Shown: one piece after another, positions 1 through 12,697 of the stretch
Numbering within the stretch: position 1 is the first letter of the stretch
Layout of the letters: every line of letters starts with the position of its first letter
From: Octopus vulgaris
Taxonomy: Eukaryota
Direction: 5' to 3'
Length of the DNA stretch: 64,000 nt
Assembly (NCBI GenBank): GCA_951406725.2
Contig: OX597816.1
Location: forward strand, 146,940,001-147,004,000
Made by a program: the position numbers and the translations under genes
The notes under the pieces: model-generated
Database searches by the model: none
Told to the model about the DNA's origin: nothing
The model's input: the letters and a program-made list of their open reading frames with translations, nothing else

Positions 1-418
1 ATTTAGAAAACTATTGGTGTCGATAAGTGATGCAAAAGTACAAAGCACTTCTATCAGCTGGTAGTTGTACCTGTTAAAGAACCGTCAGTAAGTGCCTTTG
101 TATGCTTGACTCTAAATTATACGCACATGTATAGAAATTAGCATATCCATTCATGTAAAATTTTTACGCCGTATTATACATTTCTTTTTTTGGCTAATAC
201 AAACTTGTTTATATATAACGGGGCTTCTTTTCAAAGTCATCGCATATCAATATAATCAACAAAGTACCACTACTGGAGTGTGTGTCATAAAATGTCTATC
301 AACGTCATGCTGCTGCGTCAGTAATTAATCAAGGCTGAAATATTTGCTCCTGTTAAAGAGAAATTCTCACTTTTTAGATACAGATATACTGTTGATATAA
401 CACTATAACCATTACTGA

Positions 419-745
419 GTGGACGTAGTTTGGCTCAATAGTCAAGAAGATATTTTTACAGTAATAAGATCCAATAATCGATCCTACGAAAGTCGTTTAC
501 CATAGCTTAGTGTCAGCTTAGATTTGTGAGAGAAACAAGGTAGGTAGAGGGTGTATACAATGCCATCGATTGGTTTCGACCCACAATTCAAAGATGTAAC
601 TTTGTAAAACACTGTGTTAATCTATTTGAGGGTTACGTATCTGTGGAATGCTCAGCCAATCACCTGTTAATTCAGTGAACAGATAGTTCAGTCGATAGAA
701 TAAATCGATCCGTATCACCAAAACTAAGAGTTATCCATTTATGAC
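419..745 (+). mobile_element. Decayed SINE, family D
   Basis: 3' part (gtatctgtggaatgctcagccaatcacctgttaattca...) resembles the reverse complement of the better copy at 57650-57952; degenerate head near 419-480. Confidence 0.45.
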
Positions 746-954
746 GATTACATTGACCCCCAGTGCTCAACTAGTCCTTATTTTATCGAATACGAAAGTA
801 TTAAAGCTAGCTAAGTCAACCTCGGCGAAATTTGAATGCAGAACGGATGAAAGGCAAAGTCGACCTCGGCGGAGTTTGAACTCAGAACATAAAGACAGAC
901 GAAATACAGAGATGCATTTTGCCCGGCGTGTAAATGATTGTGCTGGCTCGTTGC
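746..954 (-). mobile_element. tRNA-derived SINE, family A (antisense copy)
   Basis: Reverse complement of the family A consensus seen at 990-1210: ggatgaaaggcaaagtcgacctcggcggagtttgaactcagaac. Confidence 0.9.
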
Positions 955-989
955 ATTGGTTCAATTTACTATCTATATTGAATTTAACC

Positions 990-1210
990 AAGACGGGGAG
1001 CTGACAGAAACGTTAGCTCGGCGGGCGAAATTCTTAGCTGTATTTCGTCTGTCTTTATGTTCAGAGTTCAAACTCCGCCGAGGTCGACTTTGCCTTTCAT
1101 CCTTTCGGGGTCGATAAATTAAGTACCAGTTGCGTACTAGGGTCGATTTAATTGACTGGTACCTCTCCCCCAAAATTTTGTGCCTTGTGCCTAGAGTAGA
1201 AAAGAATATT
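990..1210 (+). mobile_element. tRNA-derived SINE, family A
   Basis: Head gagctgacagaaacgttagc, B-box-like gagttcaaactcc, body gaggtcgactttgcctttcatcctttcggggtcgataaattaagtaccag; more than 10 related copies in the window. Confidence 0.92.
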
Positions 1211-2220
1211 GAATTTATCTGATACTTATTAATCATTGTGCTTGATATATATTTTAACAGCATGCTTTGTAAGGATAAGGAAATAAATGATAAAACCCAA
1301 ACAATATCATAACAAACGACGTTTCTATTCTATTATTATTCTCTAAAGCACAATGCACAAGCTAGCACGCGAGAGCGCACGAGTGCGCGCCTACGTATTC
1401 TGCATCCGCATAGACTCTGTGCTTAAAAGTCTCTTCTTCAATTTTTGTTGCTCAGATCCCTGCTTATGTTGTCGCAAAATAGGATCGAATTTGTGATAAC
1501 GCATTTCTGAAGGAAACCATTTAACTACAGGTTCAAATTATATACACATAGATAGATGTTTGGCTGTGTGTAAGTACGTGTACGTGTAAGTGCGCGCGCG
1601 GCTGTGTGTGTTTGCGCGCGTTTGTGTGTCTATCTGTGTGCGTGTGCGCGCTTATGTGTGTGCGTGCGTGTATATGTTTTTGCGTGTGTATATGAATGTT
1701 TTGTGGAATGATATTTGTGAATGTGAGAATAATGCAAGTAGAAATTTTGTGTACGAATTTACATCTTTCTATGAAAGAAAATTGAAGTTGAATGAATATA
1801 TCTTTGAAATACATGCGGATTAAGATAAGCATCCTATTAAATTAAGAAAAGAAAACTTACAAGTTGATGATAAGCAAGCATTAAATAAATTTATAAAATA
1901 CAAAAATAATTAAATTTTAAAAAATCAATAATATACAAAGAATTAGTTAAAAGTAAAATAAAAAGTCTCCACAAATTTATACATGTATAATGCCTGAAAT
2001 ACTTCTGTTTTGAATTAAAGTATGGAATTATTTTGTCTTTAACTCGCTGTCTAAGCACTAGAAACTTCTACAGCAAACGACTTTACATTTTTATTTCTGC
2101 TGTTCTGGTAGTGTCTTTTATTTATATGAAAAAAATTTAATGAAACATGTAGGGGAGACATGACTGACATTCAACTGACTGCAGCCTCAGTTTAGGTGTA
2201 AAAGAAACAAAGCTAGAGCT

Positions 2221-2690
2221 AAGACGGCAAACTGGCAGAATAGTTAGCAAGCCAGGAAAAAAAATTAATTCCATTCGTCTGTCTTGGCGTTATGAGTTCA
2301 AAGTCCACCGAGATTGACTTTGCCTTTCATCATTTCGGGGTCGATAAACTAACCGGGTGAACAATGGTGTCCATATGTAATCGACGTACTCTCTCCTCTG
2401 AAATTGCTGGCCCTACGCGAAAGTTTGAAAAGTCGGACTTCATAACTTCATTAGGCTGTTGCTATTAAGCCTACAAGCTGGCAGAATCATTAGCACAGAT
2501 GATAAAACGCTAAGCGTCATTTTGTTCGTCTTACGTTCTAGATTCAAATTCCGCTGTGGTTGACTTTTCATTTTATCCCTTTGTAGTTGAAAAAATACGT
2601 TCCAACTGAGCACTGGAATTTATGTAATCAACTTAGACCCCCCCCAAAAAAAAAATTACTGGCCTTGCGCCAATATTTGAAAGCAATATT
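2221..2690 (+). mobile_element. Two tandem family A SINEs (about 2221-2430 and 2467-2690)
   Basis: Each has ctggcagaat..ttagca, a B-box-like ttcaaa motif, and a ctggcc..gcg..tttgaaa 3' end. Confidence 0.85.
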
Positions 2691-3784
2691 ATTACTGTTG
2701 GTGTTTTATACGTTTTTAATCTCATCCCGGATCTAAAAGCAATCTACTACAAATACCTGGATTTGAGAAAGATATGGCTGCTATTTTTACTAGCACGAGC
2801 AACTGAAAGAGGCTCACTCGTCTGCTATGCTACGACAATAATTACGTATATACTACGAAGATAGTTTCATATACATCTACACATTTCTCATATATTTGTG
2901 TCTTGTACCATAGAATTTAAAACACATTGTTTTCCTTTTTTCTAGAAACTTTCCGTAATGTAATTAGTATAATGGAGCAAACCACTAATTGAAAGCCGGT
3001 AACCCATTCCACTTGCCATGAAATTGGTATACAGTAAAAGCAGAACAGTTATATGCTATATAGATAACATAATTAGATGTCGAAAATGTGTGGCTGGTTT
3101 GTCTCATTGAAAGATTGCCTCTATATACTGGCTTTCGTCACACAAGCCTATATCGATTTCACCTCAGGGAAGATCATATATAAAGGAACCCAACAAAAAG
3201 AGTGCTTATACGTGTACACATACATGTATTATACACAAAGGCACACTACTACATATATACGCTCACTTATAAATGTGAGTGCATGTGCCTTTCTATGTAT
3301 GCGTGGGAGATATTTGCGAAATTGCCATTATTTAGTTCAGTTTTGTTCTACACATTCCGGCTTGAGTATAGCTAGCTCACCACATAGTTATTGAACAAAT
3401 TAACGACAGCTGAAGAGTTATGTTATGGTGGATCACGGTTTTGTTGCTGAGCGACAAAATTACCAGTTACTTAATAAACATGGAAATGACTAACCATTAA
3501 ATATTTATCTTTTCTCACAACTTAATTCTGTAATAGTGTTTCTGTGGTACTCTGAGCGACAACGTTATATCTTTCGAATTACAAATACAATCCATCCGCC
3601 GGCTTTCTATACAGCTTTATTCTACAAAATATCGAGTATAAGCTGTGTGCTGATTTGTGAACTGAACTTTTAACAGTCCGACCATAGAGCATCTAGGAAT
3701 GTGACGGGTTTGTGTCTCTAGAAAAAGAGGAACATTATTGCCTGTTTTGTTCCAATGATCCAGACAAAGGCATTACTTCCCTAA

Positions 3785-4230
3785 GAGGTTCAGTTCCCAA
3801 AACCATGGTTTCTGGTTTAATCTTACGGAGTGATATCTATGGCAAGTGTCTTCTTATATAGATTCGGGACAAACAAAATTTGCAACTGGATTTATTAGGA
3901 AGAATGTATGAATGCATTAATGTATGTATGTATGTATGTATGTATGTATGTATGTATGTATGTATGTATGTATGTATGTATGTATGTATGTATGTATGTA
4001 TGTATGTATGTATGTATGTATGTGTGCACGTTTGTGTATGTTTGTGTGGCGTATGTTGTACACTGGCATTGAGATTATGTGACAGTGGAAAATCAATGTA
4101 GCGTCATACAAGTGGTGTCTTTCGTTCCAAATTGCTGTGCAAAACATGACCAGCCAATAGGAAATTTTACTCCATATAAAGACTGTGAATATTAAAGAAG
4201 TCGTTTCGACGGATTAAATATGTCGACATT
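3785..4230 (+). mobile_element. Decayed family B-like SINE with internal (TATG)n
   Basis: accatggtttctggtttaatc...ggcaagtgtcttcttatatag matches the family B head; (TATG)n at about 3921-4020. Confidence 0.5.
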
Positions 4231-4818
4231 TCTTACATTTAATACTACTTTTAACACTTTACTTTCAGCAGCTTTACCATGTAAACCAGAGCTGTTAAAC
4301 TTGGGATGAGTAACTGTGTGTGTAGGGTGGATGTATGAGTGTAGTGTAATATATAGATTCACAGAATCACGTGGTTATCACAGAAACTTCTTCTAGCATG
4401 TATGGCTACCAGACCACTTAGTAATCCAATACAGAGGAGTACAATGTAGTGTTCTATGCAACTGTAATCCACGACATCGGTTAGATTTGATTATTTGTTT
4501 CAGGAGCATATAGGCCATAATAATTGTGTACATATTTACCTTTCATACCGCATTTTATGAGGTATGAGATGTGAATATATTTATTTAACAAATGTTCATC
4601 CTAAGGTAGACAAGTATTTAAAACTCTATTGCCCCGTTACACCTCCTGACATTTTGTGCTCTATATTTATGTACGTGCGTGTGTGCGTTTGTATGTGTAC
4701 GCGCGATTATGTGTATAGAATATATATAATTATATGAGTCTCACTATATGTTAATTTATATGCGTATGTATATATATATATATATATATATATACATACA
4801 TACATGCGTGTGTGTGTA

Positions 4819-5285
4819 TCCATGAACTGAAACGTAACTAATCTGCACATCCTCTAATAACTCACGAATGGTGGTTCTATGATTTCCCCTCACAGCTGCA
4901 TCACATCTGCGATGTTTTTCTCAATTCTGCTTGTTGCGGGTCTCCCAGAACGTTTGTCAATATCAACATTTTTCGGCTACCTTGGAAACGTCTGAACCTA
5001 CCGTACACTTGTGTTTGGCTCATACAATCCCCTTCACACACTATCTGCAACTTTGCTTGGGCCTTTGAGCAGGTCTCACCATGACAACTTTCTCTGCCAT
5101 GGTCAATGCAATGATCAGGCGTTACACAAGTTAATTCGAAGCGCTGCTGTAAACAACAGAAGTGAGCTAGAACGTTAAAATGCAGAGCAGAGTTCAAAGT
5201 CAATCTGTGCCAAGCGGCTTCAGTCTGCACGCTTTAGCCTCTTTACTATGGCAACAATCCGGATACTTGTTGATCAAACTTCGTA
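4819..5285 (-). mobile_element. Mariner-derived element, 5' half (same family as 45953-46755)
   Basis: TIR ggcaacaatccggatacttgttgatcaaacttcgta ending in TA. The minus strand encodes HTH remnants: MSQTQVYGRFRRFQ and VRGNHRTTIRELLEDVQISYVSVH. Confidence 0.85.
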
Positions 5286-5464
5286 TAATGTATAGGTGCC
5301 CCTTTAAGTAACCACACAAATATAAAGTTATTATTATGCTTCTCTGTAAAAAATAAGTGTTCTATTGTAACTATGTCATCCCATCTTAACTATTTCAATT
5401 CTATTATGAAAATAGAGTAATCATTACAGATATTTATAGATTTGATTGGCCTGCCCTTAGACAT

Positions 5465-5790
5465 AATGGTGCTGATGTGAAGAACATCAACCAGTTAAAT
5501 ACTGTAAATTTGTTGGCATTAAGAAGGTAATCAAGCTGTAGAAATAATCCCAAACCAGATGCTGGTGATCGGCGTAGTACTCCGACTCGTTTGTGCCACC
5601 TGTCCGCCTGACGTACCCAATTCAGCATGAAAGACGGATGCTAAACGACAAACCTGAGCTGTTGTTGTTGTTGTTGATAATGATGACGACGACGATGACA
5701 ACGGCGACAACGACGAAGATAGTGACGATAACGACGGTGACGACGATGCTAACGATAATGATGACGTGACGACGTCAATGATAATGTTGA
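5465..5790 (+). mobile_element. Decayed SINE 3' module with (GAT/GAC)n tail
   Basis: gttggcattaagaagg..agctgtagaaa...cagcatgaaagacggatgctaaacga followed by a degenerate trinucleotide tail, typical of an RTE-tailed SINE 3' end. Confidence 0.5.
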
Positions 5791-6511
5791 TGCATATATA
5801 CAAGCCCAGATTGCTCGGTCCTAATATACATAAGACTGTAATCTTGAAACAAACTGAATTACTTTATTCGAGTGCTGCACTGAGTTAAGATAAATAGAGA
5901 TTTGAAAGAAAGTTAAGCGAATGCGATTTTAGCTTAAACGTTTTCAGATATCATGTGGAAATACACACAAACGCGCGCGCCCACGCACACACACACTTAC
6001 ACACGGACACATATATCTATATAATGCAATCATACATTCAGAATTAAATTAATTTCTGTCAATTTAAATTGAAACCGCCACCCATGGTTATCTCCTATAT
6101 ACCGGAATTCATACTTTAACACTACAATAAAATCATCCTGTTTCATAAGACATCGACATCGAAAAGGGTTTCAGGCACTTTAACATTTATAATGTCTGTA
6201 ACATCTGTAAATATATCATTTTATCTTTAAACCTGATCAAAATATGTTACTAGTTTATATCCGACTTGAAATGGTATCCTCTGAGATTGACATCTCATTC
6301 TAAAAATAACATACGATATATGGCACTGATTCTTCGTTGATGACTTTGAATTAATCTTCAAAAGCGATCAAAACTCATTAAACTAAATTATTATATATTT
6401 TATCGACGTCATAGATAGAAATGTGATATAGAACTGGCCAGTCTCTCCAACGCAGAGTACGTTATATTCTACAGTCTTTTCCTTCCTTTCTATCGTCATA
6501 TCCCCATAGGA

Positions 6512-6586
<75 letters not shown>

Positions 6587-6591
6587 CATTA

Positions 6592-6930
6592 TTGAGTGAG
6601 AGAACAGTGCATGCCATCAAAGTGAATCCGAGGCAAAATATACGAAACCCAGTATGCCCACCCTGACAGTGGTAGTGATGCATGTGCCAGGAGGGCACAT
6701 GCATCACTACCATATGTGCGCGACATAATGATCTTATATCAAGTCTAACAGCGCATGATTTTGCAGGTGGGGGTCCATTTATAATTTTCTGCATTTCGAG
6801 TAGCCCATCCTGAATTCCCTTACTAAGTCTTATTTAAGGATGCTGAACGAAACACTCGTGTTTCTATATGTGAATTATCCAAAAGAATTATCATCAACAC
6901 ATGGCTATAATGTTTCCAACTATTTCTGAT
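6592..6930 (-). mobile_element. Non-LTR retroelement 3' fragment (same family as 21845-22360)
   Basis: Shares gcacatgcatcac..ccatatgtgcgcgaca and gagtagcccatcc with the 21.8 kb copy; abuts (TAT)n at 6513-6590. Strand inferred. Confidence 0.6.
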
Positions 6931-6934
6931 TATT

Positions 6935-7394
6935 AAGGCGGAGAGCTGGCAGAAACTTTAGCATGTCGAGCAAAAGCTTAGCGGTATTTCGTCTGTCTTT
7001 ATTTTCTGAGTTCAAATTCCGCCGAGGCTGATTTGTCTCTCATCCTTTCGGGGTCGATAATTTAAGTACCAGTTATGTACTGGGGTTTATCTAATCGACT
7101 GGCCTCGTCCCCACGAATTTTGGGCACCGTGCCTAGTGTAGAAAAGATTATTATTTTTATTATTATTCCTGTTGCTGTTGTTGTTGTCGTTGTTAAAGCA
7201 TCAAGCTGGCAGAGTTGTTAGCATGACGAACAAAATGCTTCGCGGCGTTTCGTTTGTCTGAGTTCAAATCTTGCCGAGGTTGACTTTATCTTCATCCTTT
7301 TGAGGTCGATAACATAAGTATCAGTTGAGTACTGGGGTCGATGTAACCGATTTATCCCATCATGAAATTGCTGACTTCGTGCCAAATTTTGAAC
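6935..7394 (+). mobile_element. Two tandem family A SINEs (6935-7150, 7196-7394)
   Basis: aaggcggagagctggcagaaac...gagttcaaattccgccgagg; the second copy is similar; both are followed by (ATT)n. Confidence 0.9.
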
Positions 7395-7469
7395 TTATTA
7401 TTATTATAATTATAAATATTATTATTATTATTATTATTATTGCTATTGTTATTATTATTATTATTATCA

Positions 7470-7544
<75 letters not shown>

Positions 7545-7545
<1 letters not shown>

Positions 7546-7990
7546 AACTGAAGCTGAGACTTTCATCGCGTCTCAAATTTCCCGCCAGCGTTGCATTAGA
7601 AGCAATATTCCACAAATTGGCAATGTTACTATTCCCCGGTGAAAAGAAAATACTGTACCAAAGGATATGTTCAAGTCTGATTCTTTCATCTATCTACTGA
7701 GTCTATCACAGTTTCATGTTGTAAAACAGTATCGATAACTTCAAAGGTGTCCACAGCGAATCACATTTGCCCTTGAAAAACGATGAAAGACGAGGGACGA
7801 CGGTTTGAGAAGAGAAAGAACAATACAAAGCTGGAGAGATTAACAGATTTCCTACGACTTGGATAATGGAAGCTAGTTTTTAAGGCATGGAGAACAATAG
7901 AAGCATATTGTCTTGCAGTCTTCAACACACAATAAGATGAATGCAAGCGTCGATAATATATCAATTCTTCTCCAAATATCATTCTAGAAG
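7545..7990 (-). mobile_element. Highly decayed RLE-type LINE 3' fragment (CRE-like?)
   Basis: Minus-strand NRRPSSFIVFQG..FAVDTFEVIDT loosely resembles the RPD..G...D.T.DT endonuclease region; (TAA)n tail at 7396-7543. Confidence 0.3.
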
Positions 7991-8331
7991 ATTAACCACA
8001 GATACTTCATGAGTGGAAGGCACGTGATATAAGATCAACGATTCAACAAAGAGAGTCATATTGAAATTAATAATTTGACATCGACGTTAACGTTGAAAGT
8101 GTTTATACGCAGAACCAGCCAAAATATCAGAAACATACATACATAGAATATATAATGTGTCCATACACTTAGAATCAATGCGTGCCTGGAAGAAATTCGC
8201 TCTGAAGAAATTAGAATACAGTATGCACTTTTCAATATGAATCTGCATTTTGTACATATATACAGACACATACGCACAAGTATACACGCAGACATACATA
8301 TATAAATATATAGATATATATATGCATGTTC

Positions 8332-8407
<76 letters not shown>

Positions 8408-8416
8408 TTATATATT

Positions 8417-9045
8417 GGTGCAGGCAAGGGTATGTGGTAAATAACTTCTCTTCGCAATCACTCAATTTCGTTCCCACGATGCGGCAGCTTGGGAAAGTTT
8501 CTTTCACTAAAGCTTGGTACAATCAACACCTTTTGAATTCATTTGTTAGACAGAAGCACCATGAAAGCCCGTCGTATCGACACACGCTTATTGTTTGTAT
8601 GTCTGTCTTTGCGGTAGTGTTTGTTAGTTTGTCTCGCCGCTTTACAAACAGTCGGCAAGGAGACCGTTGGAATATCAACCAAATTTCGAAGACAAGTACT
8701 GAGGTTGATTTTTAAGACTGAAACTGTTGCACGCTGACCCCCAGCACTACCGGGCCGACCAATGCTCTATGAGTAGATTTGGTAAAATAAGCCAGTTTTA
8801 TACACATATGTATATATCAATGTGTGTGTGTGTGTCTTTGTTTGTTCCCTGCCACCGCTTGACTACCGGTGTTGATGTTTTTAAGTCCCCGTAACTTAGT
8901 GCTTAGGAAAAAAAAACGCGTTGGAATAAGTACCAGGATTTAAAAAATATATACGTCCTTGGGTCGATTTGTTCACCTAAAAACACTTCAAGCCAGCACT
9001 CCAGCATGGTCGCAGTCAAACGACTAAAACAAATAACAGATACGT
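8417..9045 (+). mobile_element. Family B SINE plus a second partial copy
   Basis: ggtgcaggcaagggtatgtggtaa head, gaaagcccgtcgtat junction, and 3' module gtccccgtaacttag...ccagcatggtcgcagtcaaacgact. Confidence 0.75.
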
Positions 9046-9573
9046 GTGTGTGGGCATGCATGTGTGTGTGTGTGTGTGTGTGTATGTGTAGGTAAGATCT
9101 AAGGAACAATATATAAGACGTTAATAAGGTTTGAGCAGTCTGCAGAAAGTATAAAAAACAACTACGAAGTGCAATAGTAGTTTATTAGCGTAGAAGGTTG
9201 TAAATGCTTCCCATATCAGCGTTCGATAAGCTGAAAAACGTTATTTTATAGTTCACGGTCAGCAGCTGGAATTGCCGTGTAAGCGAATTAATATTCCGAA
9301 TTAGGGAATAGAGTAGTTTAGCCTAATATTTTATATATATGGATCAAAACAGTTTGATTCAAATTCGCTGGTACATTTGAGTTTTAAGCGTGATGCCAGA
9401 CTTCAGCCATTTTCAAATTTGAATGGCTGATGAGCATACATTGCGTTTGAAACTCAAGATACCAACGACTATGAATCAAATTGTTTTGATCTATACATGT
9501 AACTCCCAATAAATTGGTTGAGTACCATTCTTTCCTTTGTCCACTCACTCGTATATGTATATGTATGTATATG

Positions 9574-9621
<48 letters not shown>

Positions 9622-9623
<2 letters not shown>

Positions 9624-10633
9624 TTAATCCAAACGGGAAAACAGAAAAAACAACAACACGTGGAACAATTACAGTATTATTATTATTAGGGCGCTCAGGA
9701 AAATGGAAGAAGGAGGGTATGACGTTTCGAGCGGAGCTCTTCGTCGGAAACATAAGAGAAGGAAGAAAGAAGAAGGAAAGATCCCGATGTGGGCGAAAGA
9801 GGGAAAAAAACGCGACTGGTGTTTACGAAGTACACATGCTGAAAGACCGGAAGTTTTGGAAAACAAGGGCAAAGTAGGTTTTTAAAGCCAAAAGAGTGGA
9901 GACAGGAAGGTTGGTAACAAAAAATGATGTGTTTGTATGTGTGAGTGTATGCGTGTGCGTGTGTGTATGTGTGTGTGAGGCGAGATAAAAAAAAATATAT
10001 ATGTATATGTTAGTGCGTGCGTCTGTACGTAAGTGTGTTTGGTAGGGCGAACAGTAGTTGACATAGCAAGTCTCGAGTGGTCAGTGGTAAAAAAAGGAGC
10101 AAGGAGGGAAGAAGGGAAGGAGGGAAAGGGTGGGGGCGTATGTAACGTGCCAGTGTGTGTGTTGAGTGGTAGTGTGTGTGTGTCCAGTGTGCGTAGTTGT
10201 ATGTATGGCAAGTAAATTTGACGTGTGTGTAAGTGTAATGTATATGTATATGCAAATGTGTGTGTGTGAGTGGGTGTGTGTATGTGTGTGCGTGTGTGTA
10301 TGCAAAAGTGTGTGTGTGAGTGGGTGTGTGTATTTGTGTGCGTGTGTGTATTAAGGAAAAAAACTGCAGCTGAGGGAAAGACGGAAGAGTGGTCCCGCGG
10401 CGACAGGCGTGGGAGAACCCAAAGACACGCGCCAGCCCCAGATACGAACAGGAGAAATGGTCGGTACCCATGAGCGTGGTGCATGCATGCGTGTATGCGT
10501 GCGCGAGCGCGCACAAGCGTGTATGTGCGCGCGCCTGCGAGTGTGTGTGTCTGTGTGTATGTCCGGGTGTCAGTGTGTCCGATGAATGTATGTAAGTATG
10601 TGTGTGTATATGTGTGTGTATAGATGTATGTCC

Positions 10634-10666
<33 letters not shown>

Positions 10667-12607
10667 AGTGTGTATGTATGTACGTGTGTGTGTGTGGAAG
10701 TGTGTGTATGTGCGTGTGTGTGCGCGTACATGAATGTGTGTGTAGGATGCATGTAGGTGTATGGGTGTATGTGTGTGTGTGTGTATGTTGTATGTGTACG
10801 TGCGTGTGTGTGTGTGTATGCATGTGTGCCTGTATGCGTACTGCGCGTGTGCATGCATGCATGCATGTGTGTGTGTGTGTGCATGTGTGTAGGTATATAT
10901 GTATGTGCGTATATGTGTGTGTATGTGCGTACATGTGTGTGTGTATATGCATGTGTGTGTATGTAGGTGTGTAGGCGTGTGTGTATAGGTGTATGTATGT
11001 AAGTATGTATGGGTGTGTCCGTGTATGTGTGTGTATGCATGTGTGTGTATGTAGGTGTGTAGGCGTGTGTGTATAGGTGTATGTATGTATGGGTGTGTCC
11101 GTCTATGTTTGTGTGTGTGTATGTGTGCATGTGTATGTAGGTGTGTGTGTTCGTATGTAATATACGTATGTATGCGTGTGTGTGCGTGTGTGTGTGGTGT
11201 GTGTGTGCGTGTATGTGTGCGTGTGCGTGTATATGTTGGTGTGTGTGTATGTGAGTGTGAGTATATGGGTTTTTGTCATGCATGTGTATGCGCGTGCAGG
11301 CGAGTGTGTGTGTAAGTATGTGTGTATGTATGTGTGAGTGTGTATGTGTGTATGTATGTGTGTATGTATGTGCGTATAGGAGTATTTAAGTATGTGTGGG
11401 TGTATGTATGTATGTATGTGTGTGTGTGTGCATGTGTGTAAGTATATGTGTGTGTGCGTATGTATGTGTATGTGTGTGTGTTTATGTATGTGTATGTATG
11501 TGTGTAGGCGTGTGTGTATAGGTGTATGTATGATTGGGTGTGTGTCTGTGTGTGTTTGTGTGTGTGTGTAGGTATGTGTGTATGTATGAGTGAAGGTATG
11601 GCTGTGTAGGTGTGTGTGTGTATGAATGTAAGTGTGTGTAAAAGTGTAATGTATGTATGTAGGTGTGTGTGTGTGTATGTGTGCGTGTGCGTGTGTATGT
11701 GTGTGTGTATGCGTGTGAGTGTGAATGTATGGGTGTATGTCTGTGTGTGTGTATGTCTGAAGTAGGTATGTGTGTGTATGTATGTGTGTGTGTGCGGGTA
11801 TGTGTGTGTGTGTGTATGTGTGTATGTCTGAAGTAGGTATGTGTGTGTATGTATGTATGTGTGGGTGTGTGCGGGTATGTGTGTGTGTGTGTATGTGTGT
11901 GTATGTGTGTGTGTGAGTAGGTGTGCGTGTATGTATGTGGGTAGGGATGCATGCGTGTGTGTGGGTATGTATGTATACATACGCACGCACACACCCGAAG
12001 CACGCCCACACACACGAAGCACGCTCACACACACTACACACAAACAATACAACGCAAGCCCATGGGGCCGACCAGCCCCCAGTACGCGCCAAGGCGTGCG
12101 CGCGCGGAGCACCACGAACAACCCGCTCCACGGAAACCGAGGATCCAACAACCAAAACCAGAAGGGGGGGGCTGCCTGGGTGCAAATAGGTGTATGTGTG
12201 TGTGCATTCGTGTAAAGGTGTGCATGTGTGGGTATGTATGTATGTATGTGTGTGTGCGTACATGTATGTGTGCATGTGTGTGTGTGTATGTAAGTATAGG
12301 TGTGTGAAGTATGTATGTGCGATGTGTGTGTGTGTGTATGTATGTGCGTATGTATGTGTGTATGTATGTGTGTATGTCTGTGTGTGTGTGTGTGTGTGTA
12401 TGTATGTGCATGTTGGTTTGTATGTGCATGTTGGTTTGTAGGTTAGTGTGTGCTTGTATGTCTATAATATGTGTGATTAAATGTGTGAATGTATGTGCGT
12501 AGATGTGTATCCGTATGTGTGTGTGTGTGAACAGACGTGTGGGATGTAGGTAGGTGTGTGTGTGTGGGGGGTGTTTATCCGGAAAAAAAAAACCTAAGAG
12601 GAGGGGG

Positions 12608-12608
<1 letters not shown>
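9622..12608 (-). mobile_element. Putative Penelope-like element: hammerhead-bearing end plus a GT-low-complexity body
   Basis: About 3 kb between two (TA)n tracts; hammerhead motif at 9717-9751; islands of complex sequence at about 10035-10140, 10350-10490 and 11990-12190 inside (GT/GTAT)n. Confidence 0.5.
9717..9751 (-). ncRNA. Minimal type I hammerhead ribozyme motif (U4C core variant)
   Basis: Minus strand reads gttt-CCGACGA-a-gagc(tcc)gctc-GAAA-cg-TC-atac: perfect helix II, palindromic acgt helix III, helix I with one mismatch. Confidence 0.7.
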
Positions 12609-12639
<31 letters not shown>

Positions 12640-12697
12640 AGATATAGATATATAGAGATAGATATATAGATGTATATCTGTAAATTGTTTTGCAATA

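Noticed and set aside
990-1080. tRNA genes at SINE heads
   Set aside because: A/B-box-like motifs continue into SINE bodies, with no clean cloverleaf or poly-T terminator.
741-1263. Recurrent peptide RPRKDERQSRPRR in several ORFs
   Set aside because: Antisense translation of SINE family A, not a gene family.
6383-7700. Poly-I/N/L/Y ORFs (also at 15.8, 20.5 and 22.3 kb)
   Set aside because: Trinucleotide microsatellites.
9882-12502. Long His/Thr- or Cys/Val-rich ORFs up to 390 aa
   Set aside because: Translations of GT/CA low complexity that are open in several frames on both strands; no domain.
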